Source of the DNA: Tubiluchus corallicola | Lineage: Eukaryota; Animalia; Priapulida | DNA length: 64,000 bases | Assembly: GCA_030141605.1 (NCBI GenBank) | Contig: JAQGDQ010000025.1 | Coordinates: 540,907-604,906, forward strand | Reading direction: 5' to 3' | Shown here: positions 1 through 15,200 of the stretch, one piece after another | How the letters are laid out: the number at the start of each line of letters is the position of its first letter | Numbering within the stretch: position 1 is the first letter of the stretch | The notes under the pieces: generated by a model | Database searches by the model: none | The model's input: the letters and a program-made list of their open reading frames with translations, nothing else | What the model was told of the DNA's origin: nothing | Program-made: the position numbers and the translations under genes

Positions 1-290
1 AAAAGATTAACGATGTATTTCAAAACTTTGAATACTCTGGAAAATGGTGTAGTGTTGCTCAATTAGATGTTACTGTATTTAAATTATTAGGAATGCTTAT
101 TATAAGTGTGGCTGCCACGTGACTGCTATGTGGTCTTTCATGATCCCATCTCATTGCAGTTGTAGTAATTTGTGCACAGTATATTGTTTTATATATAAGT
201 ATGTGGAATGAGACAAACAAATTAAATCAAACCTAATATAATCTAATGTTCTTTTTACTGCTTTAGTAAATTACCGTATTTTTTTGACAG

Positions 291-3200
291 AAAGAATATG
301 AAGTCATCTAAGCCAGAGTTTGACACAAACAAACGGAAACCAGCATATAAAGACTTTCTCAGATCATATAAGATACCGAAACTTAGCACACAGTGTGATA
401 GTAAATCTGGAACACCTCCTTTGAGTAGCGTAGCAACAGATGCTGATGGAGCGAAAACAAAACTCTTACCAGTTGATGATGCAAAATTGACAGCTGATCA
501 TGACAGCGAAATTGCGTTGTCAGATGATTCCAGCGAAGATGAGTTGGATGATATTGACATTACTTCACTGATGTCTTCAGTGTAAGTTTTCTTTAGCTTT
601 TCGATGCTTGATTGCCTAAGTGTTAACACTGATTACTTGATAGCCTAAACACATTAAATTGTTAAATAATTAACAAGTTGCATTTTAATAGTTTAATGCA
701 TATTATGAAGGAAACTACAATAAGTGATTTGCTTGTAGAAGGCTGTGGTTACAACTCTTCACATCTGAGTGTTTTGTTACATACTGTTTCTTTGTCAAAC
801 ACGTGAAATTATCAACAAGAAAATGGGGTTATAATGAGCTACCTACCCTGTTGCTAGTCAAATTTTTTTATGCTGGGGGGTAAGAATATTGCACATACAG
901 ATGGCTATAGTTGTCTTGTTTTAACAAAAAACGGGAGCCCATTTTGGGGAAAAATTGAGTTATTGCTATCAAGGCATTGGTAACACCGTGATGCATCTTA
1001 TCACTAAATTATTTTATGTTCTAAGATTATTAAACGAGTTAATAACAAATTAAAACACCTAATAAGCCCATTTTTTGCTAAACATTTTTAGGCACACCTA
1101 ATAAGTTCAGTAAACGTCTGTTTCAGCCAATCACCAGGCGCGTTGCAGTTATACAATCAAGATACGAAAACATCTGGATAAGCTACTCTATGCTTTGCTG
1201 GTGGTGGGTTAATATATGTAGCCCTATAATCACACCAGTTCATGCTGCTCTTGCAAAGCTAAAAAACATCGTCTTGAAATTTTGTATCACCTACAAGCTG
1301 TCTTATTGCACACAGAATTTGTATTAGCAGCAGCACTGTATAAAACTTTAAAATTTAAACTCTTTTGATGACCGTTACACGAGGTCGGTTCGAAAAAAGT
1401 TTAGATAACGTTGCATAAAGATTTAAAAAATGATCAGAACATTTGTAACATGCTTTTCACTAACTAAACAAAAGTATGAAATACTGATTGTTATCAACAA
1501 GATATTGTCAATATCATGATTTTTGGTGTGCCATTTTTAACACAAGCGGGAATCATGAGCCAGTGGTGTTCTATCAGGTGGCACAAGCATTTTAAGTTAC
1601 CAAAAGTTTTCTTTTCCGGTACATGTTCTTTAGGTATGCTTTTCAAACAAGAAATGCTAAGTAATATTACTTTGTAAGAAAAGTTTTTTGGGACATTCTT
1701 AAGAATCATTCCTCTTTAAATTACTTTTGGCTACTACAGTGTGAAAGAAAACCCAATATGAAGAAATATGCAAACTGCTTCAATTAAACACAAAACGTTA
1801 ATCAGTTTTTGCTTTTTTTAGTAACAGGCCTATCCCTCGCACACCAGAAAGAGTCAGGTCTATTCCAGAAGATGTCTCGTTACCAGTGGTGAATGTGACA
1901 GAGTTTTCTCCAAGAAAGACAAAAAGGTATTACTATTGCACTAGAAATGTTGAGTTTTTTTATTTGCTATTGATAATTGCTGAAAATTGCCATCATGTTG
2001 CACAACTAAATGTTTCTCATGGCTCTCTGTGCTATAGTTGGTTAATGTCATAGACTTAAAAGTACAGCAACTGATATCATTTGTGAGTCCAAAACATTAT
2101 CAGCTGGACTGGGTACAGTACAAACAACAAATATGTAATTTTGTATAAGATGTGTGTTGCTGTGATCAGATCTTTAAGCTGCAGTTTTGTCCTAAGTTTT
2201 GTGATACACTGTTAATGGTTGTTCCACGTACCAATAGAGCAGACTGTGTGAGTTTTCAGATGACACGGTGATATATACATAAGTAGTCCCAGGAACTTAC
2301 TGGAATTTTGTTAAGTTCTGACTGTGATAGTTTTGATTGTGATTTGTTACAAATCTGGCACACGAACCATTTCAGGACCAATAGTTAGAGTTGCAAAAAC
2401 TGCTTTTCAGATCATTGTGTGTACTTGGACTGCTTGCCTTCCATTTTGTCTAAGTGATAATAAGCTCCATCAAAGGTTATGGAGGTTCTTTTATGTGTAT
2501 TATGAGATTGATTAATTTTTTCTTTCTTTTGCTGAGAAGAAAGAATTGTGCAAAAACTAAAACTAATGTGATCCATGCCAAAATCACAGATTTAAACCTT
2601 AAATGCATGATTTTCTACAAATGTATTTATATTCTACTTGCAACACATTTTTTGTGACATTAACAACACACTGGTATATTTTATAATCCTGAAAACAACC
2701 TATATAAATAAATATCAGTTATCATGCATAGGCTGGTTGACAAAATCTGCAAAATAAGGTTTTTTCTTAGTTCAAACTGTAACAAAAATGAAATTATGTC
2801 ACCATGGGCAAACCTTGGTACCAAAATATGCAGCTGACAGTAGCAATCACTTCATTCAGCTTTGAACCATATTGCTGGGAAGAAAAATTGTATCACATCT
2901 GTTACACCATGAAATGAAGAGTTACATGTCATGCATATACAAAGAGAGATTACTAGACTCAAGCAAATTGTGAAGTAAACAATGGGTAGTGTGTTCTAAT
3001 ACAAATTCTATGGTCTGTTGTATGGCAAAAAAGGCACCTTGTTGTACAATACACAAACTGCATTTGATTGTACAGCAAAAACAGCCTTTGAATGACACAC
3101 TTGAAGGTAGTGTTGGATATGCAGGATAACAATCTTTGTCTACCCAGGTGTTGCATTTAAATCTACGGCTAAAATATATGAGAGAATGTTGTTTTCTGTT

Positions 3201-6200
3201 TTGCTCATCGAATTGTAGCATATATTAAGGTCTTTCTCACATCACTTTTCAATGTTGCAGTTACAAGTACAATTTGGATGATCTCTTAGAAGAAAAGAAC
3301 AGAGCTGAAATTGTGAATGATAGAATAACCATAATGGAATTAGATCTAATGGTTTGATTTTGCATATTTTCGTTATACCTTTTCATCACGAAGAATACGC
3401 TCGTTATTTTCTACTGTCTGCCTCTAGTGTTGTAAATTTATTATCTCTTCTGTAAGCTTTTAACCCTTCATTAAGAAATTGCTTCTCATAGGCAGCAGGT
3501 TGCTGAGCATAATTCCAAAAACTAGCAAACTTATCAGTAATGAATGATAATTACATAGCTTACAAATTTTAGAAAAATGAATTAAAAGTATTACAAACAG
3601 TAAATTCTAGTTGAATTTCGGCTGCATTTTATAAGATAACATTTTTCTTCAAATTTTGCATTGTCTTCATTCATCACCGTCTTCATAATACGTTGTCGTA
3701 TTATAGAACAAACGGTAGTATTTATCTTATAGTGATGATAATATTTAATAATTTTATTGCACTGTAGTTGCAAAGTCAGCCAACAGGACTTGAAAGCAGG
3801 ATTTTGAACATTTTTATGCTCACGTATATGATTGTACTTCAAACTTGAGGAGTTAAACTAACTTTCCTAAGATTTTGTCCACAACTTTTGGTAAATCGTT
3901 CAATATTATACGTCAAACACTTTGACGATAATTCACTAGTTTACAAATTATACAGGATGATGCTAACAGAGGCGGTATTTCAAATATGAACACTAATTTT
4001 GAGAATGCGTCTCAGGTCTCAGTAGGCATGACAGATATGAAAAATGACTCCATTTTCAGTAGGGTAAGTAGACTTACTATGTCTTCGTTTAAAAAGTGTA
4101 TAAAAATAATTTGGATTTATGAATAGTCTCTAGTTCTTCAGAGACATCTATAGCCAACTTTTTCAGGATAAGAAATTAAGAACCCTGCAATTAACGTCGA
4201 ACAGCTTAGCCAAATTTTTCAGGATAAGAAATTAAGAACCCCGCAATTAACGTCAAACAGTTCAGCCAAATTTTTCAGGATAAGAAATTAAGAATTAAAC
4301 AGCTAGGAAATAGCGTCGCAACTAAAAAAACTGAAATGATGTGGCAAATTCCTTTGCTTTACCCAAGTGTCATGTGGCGGTTGTAGTTAAGACGCATTGC
4401 TGTGGTACACTTAACCTTTGATCTGCAGCAACTGCGTGTGCATGCAACGAAACTGCGAAGAGGCTTATTGGCATCCATTACTGAAAACGTTATAGAGACA
4501 GCATACAATAGATTACTAAGAAGTAGGTACTTTATGTACAGCAAACTTGTAATCTGATTTGATTTGATATAAGCCAGATCTTTTATTTGCAGGAGAGAGG
4601 AAAGAGGGAGGGAGTACTAGTTGAAATTGTACAGATACAACAGTAAAATTGCAATTAATAATAAATCTTCACATATTAAGGTGAAGAATAATATACAAGT
4701 GATACAATAAAATTTGAAATTTTAATTTTCGATTTATGTGAGCTAAATTTTGACTGTAGAATGATTCTCAATGGTTTTATATTATTTCCTAACGCAGCCA
4801 TGTCTTCATTTAGTGATGATTTGCTCAATGTCGTACTTTGTTGATACTTGTCAGGGTCTGTAAGTGAGGACTTACTATATATCTTAGTTTAAAAAAGCTT
4901 GAAAAAAATAAATTTTGGATTTGTTTAAAAAACTAATTAATCTAAAGATACATCTTTAGAAACTTATTTGGGTTAAAAACCCCTGCAATTAACGTTGACC
5001 AATTTAGGCAATTCTTCAAATTACTGCTGTCACTTTGTTGTTTGTGACTAGTAAATTGCAAATGTGGTATTTTTATCCATTTTTCCAATCAGGTAGCTAT
5101 ATATGTAAATCAATATGACAACAATGTGAAATATTAGAATAATTGTTTTAATAGGCTAAAATTGAACACTATAAATTAAGTAGCCACCTGTCACCTGCCA
5201 TATGTTCGTAGAATTGCATGCTTATCTGAAAGTCAACAAAAGTCCGTAAATTAATCATTTACACATTATACAGTACTAGCACATTTAAAGGTATAATCCT
5301 GTGGATTAAAGTTATGTAAGCACTTTAAAGTTATCTAATGACTAATTTCTACGTAAACACAGTAAAACACAATGCTAGAATAGTGGGGAATTTCTGAGTG
5401 AATTACAGAAGTTTTGTAATGGTAGATGTTTTCTGATGGTAGGCTGTTTTTTTAGTTTTAATCATCTACATGACTGTTTGTTTCATGCTCAGTGACAGAG
5501 TATTAAATTAACACAGTGACTCAAATTGAGTTAGCACCTGAAATAGGTGAAACAAATTTAAGCACTACTACATGCTAATTAGTTTAATAGTCAGCTAGGT
5601 TGCTGTGTCACTTAGAACTCACTTGACATTAATGGTGCTGGATTTGGTACTAGAACTTGTTGCTAATCAGCAGTGACGGCTCGTAGCTAAAATTAGTGGG
5701 GATACTGTTTCAAATTTTTTTAGCCATTATTTTAATACCGTGTAAAACGAAACAAACATATTTCAATGTTGTAATTGTAAATTTGAACAAACAAACATAC
5801 GAAAGTTTACACATAAACTTGATAAAATCCTAAATCCTAAAATAGTTTTTGCTTACTAATAGACTAAATTGTTACAGTTCAAGCTCGATCCATTCACGGT
5901 AAGCACATGACAACTGACAACAAACTGTGTGAGCGACAGTACTTTCTCTACCTGGGTTCAGACATGTGCGCATGGTCGCATGTGCACAACAGCCAGACGC
6001 CGCATTGTTGGAGCACACTGTGCTGGGCAGTGAAGCAAGCAGTACTGCCCTCAAATGCTCTGGTTCTGTACAAGTATAACGAAAGAACTAAAGAAAAAAG
6101 GCTTTCTATATTGAATATTATTGATATCGAGTGAAAATAGGGGGCGCTGCAGTTCCACAGTACCTATACACGAGCAACACTGCTAATTAGATAACAGGCC

Positions 6201-9200
6201 CAGTTTGTGAAATGTTATAATTTAGAAGTGGTAGGTGTGGTTTCATATTTCGTGAAATGGTATATTAATGTTACTGTGAATTCAAGTTTTTGCATAACTG
6301 ATGTATTATTGTTAGAACCGAAATGTTGTTTTAATTGAAATAGAAATTTATTACCTGTTTTGTTTCACAGCTGTCGCAAGGAAAGGAACACATCAGGGAT
6401 ACTCCACGTGGACGACTTGTTTTTGATACAAAACAAGCTTTCCAGAAATACTCAGGGGACAGTCTAAAAATCTCAGATGGAGTTTTTCTTCTCAACTTGA
6501 ACAATGCGAACTTTGCCAGTTCGACTTGTGATTTAGGTGCGATGTTTCATGTTCATAAAGTTGTTGCATCAGTTTTGAAATACAGATTTTAACAAAAATG
6601 TAATTATTTGTTTCTTAAACAAAAACTTTTTTAAACACAAATTTAAAAGTTTTTGTGTTTCCTGCAGTGAATGTTTGACCTAACTGACTGCTATGTTTGC
6701 TTATGTTTTCTTTTCATACCGGATGCTCGTGTAGCAAAGCATGCACTAATTCAGCAAAGAAATGTATGGATCATTTCTGTTTTGTGGATCAGATTTAGCT
6801 AATGCCACTCACTTTAACTGAGTGAATTTAACAACGAGTTCAGAAAATTGCACTTTCGAGGCTTCATTGATTATTGAATGAATTTGTTTAGTTTACTGTT
6901 AAACACTGCTTTCAAACATATGATACTTTGCTTTCTACAAGGAGAAGTCCACATGTGATGGTAAGCTGCTATGAAGAACTTACCCGTATGTTTAATGCTG
7001 AATGCATTTATGGACAATATTATTAAATGGCTGCTTTCTGGGGAAGGATTATTCTTATTTGATTACGACAAAGTGAGATTTTATGTGAACAACCTATCTA
7101 ATTAATGCTTTTTTTCATTATAGGTTTAATGCATTCTCCGTCACTGGGTGATGACAGTGCATCAAACATGAGTGCCATCTCTCTATGGCTTTTGAAACTT
7201 AGTATGTATTTTTCTATATCTTTCGTTGAACAAAAAAAACACTGTTTTATCAAAGTGATTGTTATAATTATGTGGAAGTAATCTTATTTAAAGGAACTTA
7301 TTAAACTTTATTCTAGTTATCAAATGGTTTTCATTAAAGTATGAAAGTATTGAAGTATAATTCTATAATTTGCAAAACTTTTACCAAGTATAACTCAGTT
7401 GTATCTTGCTTGCAAAGCAAAATTTACTTTTCATGTGCAGAATTTCCTTTTTGTGATGAGTACTTTGTATAACTTATCAAGAATTTTGGTGGCAGCACAA
7501 GCAATATGTTTCTTTGACATTCTTCGTTTTATCATTAGACCTGTTTGAAATAGTGAACTCTACTTGCAGATATAAGGCTGTTGCTAGTTCATGTCAAGCT
7601 TACTGGATAAAAACACAATAGTTAGTGTTTGTCCAATAGGTCAATGTTGTGATACTATGTTGGTTTGCAAGCCATGTGTAGAATATGAATATAACTGTTG
7701 TTATTATTATGTAACTTTCAAGCAACATTGTTACCTAAGGTTTTAAATGGTAAATACTACGTTCTGCTAATTCATGTTTAGCTGCTTTCAAAATGTCTAA
7801 AATACACAATGATTATTTTTGTGAGGTTTTTATACTTGTTGTATTTTTTCATGTTTATATTTTTTACTTTTACAGTCTCAGTCCATAAAAACATTATGTT
7901 AGTGAATGGTGCCACGACATATCTACAGTATATTGCTCATATTCACAATCGAAGAAACCTGCTTCCATCTTTTACTGAACTCTGTGATATTTTTGCTAAT
8001 TTGGGTGTATGCGGTCGACGCCTTACCTCAGACACAACTTTTCTCAACTTTTGGGAGGAGGAATTTTCTCTGTATTGTACAGCTGTGGATAATGGTGTTG
8101 ATGCTAGTGTTTCAACTGGTGAAGTTTCTGAAATTGAGCAATTACCTTTCCATTTTAACTTACAAAAGCTTTTGCAGGTATACTTAATGGTTTTATTAAA
8201 TGTTTTAATATAAACAAAGAAAAATGTAAAGAAATGATAGTATAAACAATTAATAAAAATGTAAAGAAATAATTGTATAAACAATTAATAAAAAATGTAA
8301 AGAAATGATAGTATAAACAATTAATAAAAAATGTAAAAAAATGATAGTATAAACAATTAATAAAAAAAGTGAAGCAACAATTGTATAAACAAGTAATGAA
8401 AAATGTAAAAAAATGATAGTATAAACAATTACCGTATATACTCGCATGTAAGCCTACATCGCATATAAGCCGACCCCCTAAAACTGCTTTAAAATGGCCA
8501 GTTTTTGCAAAAACCCGTATATAAGCCGACCATCAACTTGTCTAATTTTACTCCATACCCAATCAACAAAATTGATCCCTTTTTGTCACATTTTGTTAAT
8601 TGGGTATTTTTGGTTCATAGAAATTTTTTACTATAAAGATGTAAAATGCTTACTTTTATGTTACATACTAGAAGAAATTATACATTTTGATATGAATAAA
8701 GAAGAAAATATTTTGTTTTCTATTTATTGGTTTGCTGTTCCTCTATAAGCCACGTGACCCTCGTCTCCCCACGCGCTGCCTACCAATTGGCTGATGACGT
8801 CGGCTTCACCACTAGCTCTAGCTTGGTTACGGCTCGCAACTGGTGACACACAGTGGTGTATTGCTAAATAAAAAGTAGGTGGACGGCTAGTCTCAAGACT
8901 TACCATTTTACATTCACAAATTTGAAAGAAATTGACATTATTTAAAACCGTTTTTTGAAAAAATGAAAACAAGTAGATTTAATATTAAACCCGTATACTT
9001 TTTTAATATTTTTTATCTAATTAATACAAAAAGCAGACATTTATTGAAATGTGAATTTTTTCTAAAAAAAAAAGTGGGTGGACGACGATCCCCCACGATT
9101 CTCCTCCAATACACCACTGGTGACACACAACCAAATAAAGAGTCAGATAGCGATGAAAATGTGTGGCTGGAAAATTGGCATTAGTGCCTGTCCTTGTGTT

Positions 9201-12200
9201 CATTTTGTTTCATGCGCATATAAGCCGACCCCCTGATTTCAGTATTGTATTTTATAGTTCTAAATTCGGCTTATATGCGAGTATATACGGTAATGAAAAA
9301 TGTAAATCAAGAATGGTATAGACAATTAATGTAAAATGTAAAGCAACAATGGTCTAAATAATTAATGAAAAATGTAAAGCAACAATGGTATGAACAATAT
9401 ATTTAAAATGTAAAGCAACAATGGTATAAACAATCAATAAAAAGTGTAAAGAAATGATAGTATAAACAATTAATAAAAAATGTAAAAAAAATGATAGTAT
9501 AAACAATTAATGAAAAATGCAAAGCAATGATAGTATAAACAATTAGTGAAAAATGTAAAGAAATTATTATATAAACAATTAATAAAAAATGTAAAGAAAT
9601 AATTGTATAAACAATTAATAAAAAATGTAAAGCAACAATGGTATGAACAATATATAAAAAATGTAAAGCAACAATGGTATGAACAATATATAAAAATGTA
9701 AAGCAACAATGGTATAAACAATCAATAAAAAATGTAAAAAAATTGTAATATAAACAATTAAAGAAAAATGTAAATCAAGAATGGTATAAACAATTAATGA
9801 AAAATGTAAAGCAACAATGGTATAAACAATTAATGAAAAATGTAAAGCAACAATGGTATGAACAATATATAAAAATGTAAAGCAACAATGGTATAAACAA
9901 TCAATGAAAAATGTAAAAAAATGATAATATAAACAATTAATGAAAAATGTAAATCAAGAATGGTATAGACAATTAATGAAAAATGTAAAGCAACAATGGT
10001 ATAATAAAATGTAAAGCAACAATGGTATGAACAATATATAAAAAATGTAAAGCAACAATGGTATAAACAATTAATGAAAAATGTAAAGAAATGATAGTAT
10101 AAACAATTAATGAAGAATCTAAGGTAGTGACGGTTAGAACTGTTGTTATTTTGTCATTTCAGGTGATGACTATATTCCTGCCAGAAGTGCACTACACTAC
10201 CAAAGAGAAGCTGTTTCTTGCTGTGCTTCTCTGTGGCATATCACTGGATTATAGAATCATTACCAGTTTATGTGGCAGCATACAGGACTGCCTCGGTGTT
10301 CTCATTGACACATTTCCAGCTGGAGAGTGGCAGACAGTGGTAAGGCCTCATTGTTGGCACATTGTCATGTCTATTTGTTCAACTTTAAAACTGTAAAAAT
10401 ATATGTTGCAGTAACGACACTACATGTTGTAAATATATAAGACCAGAGCAAAAAATGTTGTGTGTGTGTGTGCATGCGTGCGCGTGTGTATATATATATA
10501 TATATAGCTTTTCTATATGTGACTGACGGGCTGTACATGATAATACTGGGTGTCCCAAAAGTCTGGAATCACGTTAATTTATTTGCAGCTTTACTAACAA
10601 TTTTAAAAATATGCTATACCGTTTTTTTCAACACACAGAGTCTTTCCTAACACACAAGGTCAGTCATAGCTCCAATTCCAGAACTGTTAGAAACTAAGTC
10701 TCTTGAATTTCCATTCATTCCAGTCGTGCACAGATCAACTTGTTCCGCTTCTGCACTTGCCACAGTCAACTGCGGTTGTCGCTCCAGCACGGTTTTTTCT
10801 TTGTCATCCACGCTTCGCAAACCGTCGAGCATTTAGACACTAATCCCGACTCTTGAAAATGCTCTCTATCAATACAGCGCATCGTGAAATAGTAACATAT
10901 TTTCAGACTTCTGGTACACCCTGTATGTATGCCATAGATATTTGTGGTATTTGTCAAGATGTATGGATTGTGCAAGAAAGTTGCAGGATTTTTTCAAAGT
11001 TGAAAGTTGAAAATAATAAAGGAATTGATTTTAATTCCGTATCTGTGCCTTTCTCAGACTTTATTAGTTTATCCTTCTTAAAAATGGTACAAGGTTTTAG
11101 TATTTAATAATGCAATGAATCAGAAAAGACAAAATGAAGTTTTTTAAGAAGAATTTTAATATTTTAATGCAAAAAATAAATTAATGCCATTGTTTAATGC
11201 ATTTTTGCCCTGTTTCATCACTGTATCTGTACATAATGTGTTCATTATGTATTTGTGAATCTAATCTGCATTGTTTTTTTAGATATGTGAGCTGGCTTCT
11301 CACCTGGCTGCCATTACAGGAGATCATGCGGAACAAGTACACCTGGTTCATTTGTGCCCGGCTACCCCACGCGGAATACGTCTTCAGGAGAGTTTGAGCT
11401 ATACATTTCTGCAAATGATGTTTAAACTGCAACCTCAGTACTTGCCTGAAATCACTGTAAGTTGAAAATCACTAAGAAATGACTGTTTAATCATGTAACT
11501 TGATTTTGGCTTTTGTTGACTCTAGGATAAACCTTATAAATGCACTGACTTTTGAGCATTTTGTAATCAAAGATCTTGCCACCTCAGCAGGAGATGTTTA
11601 AATTAGCTTAATGTTTGCATTGTGTTTGGCCAAGCTTTTCTTTGATCTGTGTAAAACAGGGCATTAAAGGATGTCACCTACAGGTCCATCTTTTTGAGTT
11701 TTTACATGCATTGTTTATTAAATATTCGTAGAGGTGTTCCTGTCTTAGTATCGTACACTACAGAAACTATTCTTATGGCGCATTCAGAAAGCGAGTTTTC
11801 TGTCGCGAGTTTTCTTTCCAACAGCAACGAACAACAGAACTGCTTTGTGAGTTGCTGTTGGCAAACTCGATTGCAAGCTCTCTGATAGTTGCTACGAGTA
11901 GATGTCTAGTGTTACTCTTGCGACAGCTGTCTGAGATCCAGCAAGCGTAAAAATATGACTCTTAGAGCAAAAGCCAAGTCTCTCGGGAAGTTGAGGTTAT
12001 GTTAAAACTTGAGAAAAATGTTAGAAAGTTTCAGCAATAAAATTTGATACACGCCCCGTGTACTTAGTAAAATCAGTTTAAAGTCGCGATAACGTCACAC
12101 TTGGGAGCACTTATTTTTAACGAAAAATGATGTCATCTAGTTACTGTGCAATATAAATACTTATTTTAGCCATTTTGTTACTTATAGAGCAAACTCCATT

Positions 12201-15200
12201 GACTAAGTAACCCGTATGTCACCTATTGTATGTTCGCAGAATCACATACGTATCTGTAAATTAGTTATTTGCACAATAATGGTACACTGCTTACACATTT
12301 TAAGGTACAATCCTGTGGATGAAACCTGTGTAACCACTTAAAAATTTGTTATAATTGATCCAATGACGAATTTTTTCATAAATACAGTTAAACACAACTC
12401 CAGAATAACGGAACTTCTGAGTGAACTGTAGCAATTTCTCAAAGCGTACCTTCATCACAGCTTGCCTTCACGGCATTCATGGGGCCCAACAGGCACCAGC
12501 TTACGTCGTTTTTTTCAAACCTGCACCGATGTTTGTTTGGCGGGAGATAAGAAATATTTAAATTTCTTTTGCATTTTTGAGCATGGCATTTTATGCACAT
12601 ACATTGTGTTGCGATTTCAATATTTCAATTGCACATTAAAATGCAGTGAATGTTGTTCGAGGATTGGCTTTTTCTTCTTTAAGTAGCTTTCATTCAACTT
12701 TATTTCATGACAATTGTAGAAACGTTTTTGATAAATTTATCATTTACATTTTTTAGGCAAAGGATCTAGCGCAGTTGCTTTGTCAAAACTCCAAACAAAA
12801 TTTGCTGGGGAATTTGACAATTGCTAGAGAATCCACAAAATACTACTACCTGTATAGTGCCGTACGGCTGATGGACAAGTGCATTGGTGCAATGCCTCAG
12901 CGAAAAGAAGACAAGGTAAGAAATATTAGTGTTGAAGCATAAGACATCAATAGCCCTTATTAACTAGTACTATTATCCATATTATATATCTTTAGTAGAC
13001 AATGTTCAAATTTGATTCGAATGAGTTTTTTAGTTTAAATTCAATTCAAACCTAAAATTACATATTTGAATAATTTAGCATCTCAACTACATATGTTTTT
13101 ATAATTAAAACATTTGAAACACTATGCAGTCACCACAAGTTACTAGTGATTTCTGTGCGCAATTTTTAAACAAATTATTGATGTTTTTACTGCAGAATAA
13201 AATCAAGTAATACGAACTATTTTTGTAACCCCGCTTTTTCTTAATGATTCGAAAATTTATACGAAAGTCTTGACAACTGATTCGAATTTGATTCGGATTC
13301 AAAATCTCCAAATTCGGTTGATTCGAGTTCGAAAGGCACAAATTAAATTTCAATTTGCTTTCTGATAGAGAATGTTCACCTGTATTCTCCGATATTCAAA
13401 TGATTAACTTATTTTAGGTTACTTACAGGTAACCTAATGTGGCATTACAGTTTGACTTGCATACAGTGTGAACCTTGCATACAGTTGTTTCACAGTATAG
13501 CATGATCCAGTATGCCATTTATAAATTTAGGAGAAAGGTTTTGCCAATGTTCATACTTCATTTTTGGAATGTGTGTGTTTAAAAGTTTTTTGTCTGCTAC
13601 ACAATGATTCATGACCATGTCTACGAATTTGTAACATTTATTATGGCTTATTTTTCATTAGTATCATAATATTGAGTCAGAGACCGAGCCTGTGTTTTTG
13701 TGTGAGTTCTTTTCAGTTTTATTAATTTAAACTACAGAAACTTGTAATTTTGCAAAAAACATTTCACTCGACAGATGGTATAGTTGTTTTACGAGCCTTG
13801 CGAATACTACTTTCCATAGGTATTTGTGTGGGTTATACTATTTTTTAATGGAGTAAGAGATAACGATTGTAGAACTAATCCTGCTTTTTGAATTACCTTT
13901 GCCATAGATTTTGAATAAGCTCTGTGACCTCAGGACAATAACTTCAAGCATTGGTAACAGCTAACTGACTAGTGCACATCATTTAATCAGACATGTATTG
14001 ATTTTTTTTTCTGTGAAATGTCTGTTGTTCTGCTAGTTTCTCTTGGAGAAGTGCAAACTGTGTGATAAACTGCATGAATTACTTTGCCTGTATCAGTTTC
14101 CATTAGTTTTAATCCTATCCTGTTTTTAACTAAAGATTGTTTCTAATGTTGAATTCTCAACAGTTTTCTTGGGGTAAAACATTATATATTTTGCATTTTT
14201 TGATTTGCAGCCTAATCTGGAAACATGTATCTATGTTTTGAAATCTGAATACGTTCCAGCCATACGTGAAAATGCGAGATTTCTGGATCCGACTCGTGTC
14301 AAAGATTTAATAATAACTGTCACCAGTAGATGGCAGATACTGTCACAGTCTATTGTTAGTGAAGTGGTAAGGTTATTGTATAATTACAGGTTTTATTAAG
14401 TTTTCTCTTAGGTTAATTATGTTTTTTTGGTGAATGTATAAGTAATGTTCAAGATGCTTGGTTTTGTTATCACTGTTCATCTGTGCTTATTTATTGTCTG
14501 TATGTTTTAAGATTATTGGTTCATATTTTGCAAATAAATACAATGGGTGTTGTTTATAAGACTCACGGTTATTAGAATTAGTCACTTAATCGACTTATAT
14601 AGGTCTGATCACAGAACGTTAATCATTTAACTGTTGCTGCTTTGCCACCGATACAGCATAGTAGTGTGCCAGTATTCTTTGCGACTACACAAACGCAAAT
14701 ATCATAGAGTTAATTTTGAAAAATAAAACATCAGCATAAAACTTAACGCTTAAAAGCTGTTACGGCCTTTGTGATGCATAATAAACTGGAGAGTGATTAC
14801 TAGTACTTCTATAACACTAGCAATATTACACCCGTTCTACTAATAAATTCAGTCGGGTAATTGGGTCAAAACACTTCTATCCCAAAGTGAGTCTATCACG
14901 TGACGCCTGTTGTATTAAATTAGTAATTAAATAATAAGCGAGCTATGATATCAGCAATATTCAAAGAATGACAATAGCAATTTCTTGTGTAAAAGTATAA
15001 TTTACAACTGACATACAGAACAATGCATACAGCCTATATATTAGCCTATTTTACTACTACTAGCTTGTTTTTTATCTGCAGTCAACAATTTTTGAACACC
15101 AAGTGAGAACACCATTGAGAATTGAACAATTGGTTCCCAGTCAGAACACTGCCGACGATACTACGGAGTTGGAAATAAGTTTACCTGGTAATTACTTGGC

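Noticed and set aside
6942-7072. Possible extra SLF2 exon (NIIKWLLSGEGLF)
   Set aside because: No acceptor/donor pair keeps phase with both 6536 and 7124 without a stop, while direct 6536->7124 splicing is in frame.
8210-10115. CRISPR-like regularly spaced ~36-bp repeats
   Set aside because: The units are contiguous with no unique spacers, there are no cas genes, and the array lies in a spliceosomal intron. It is a minisatellite.
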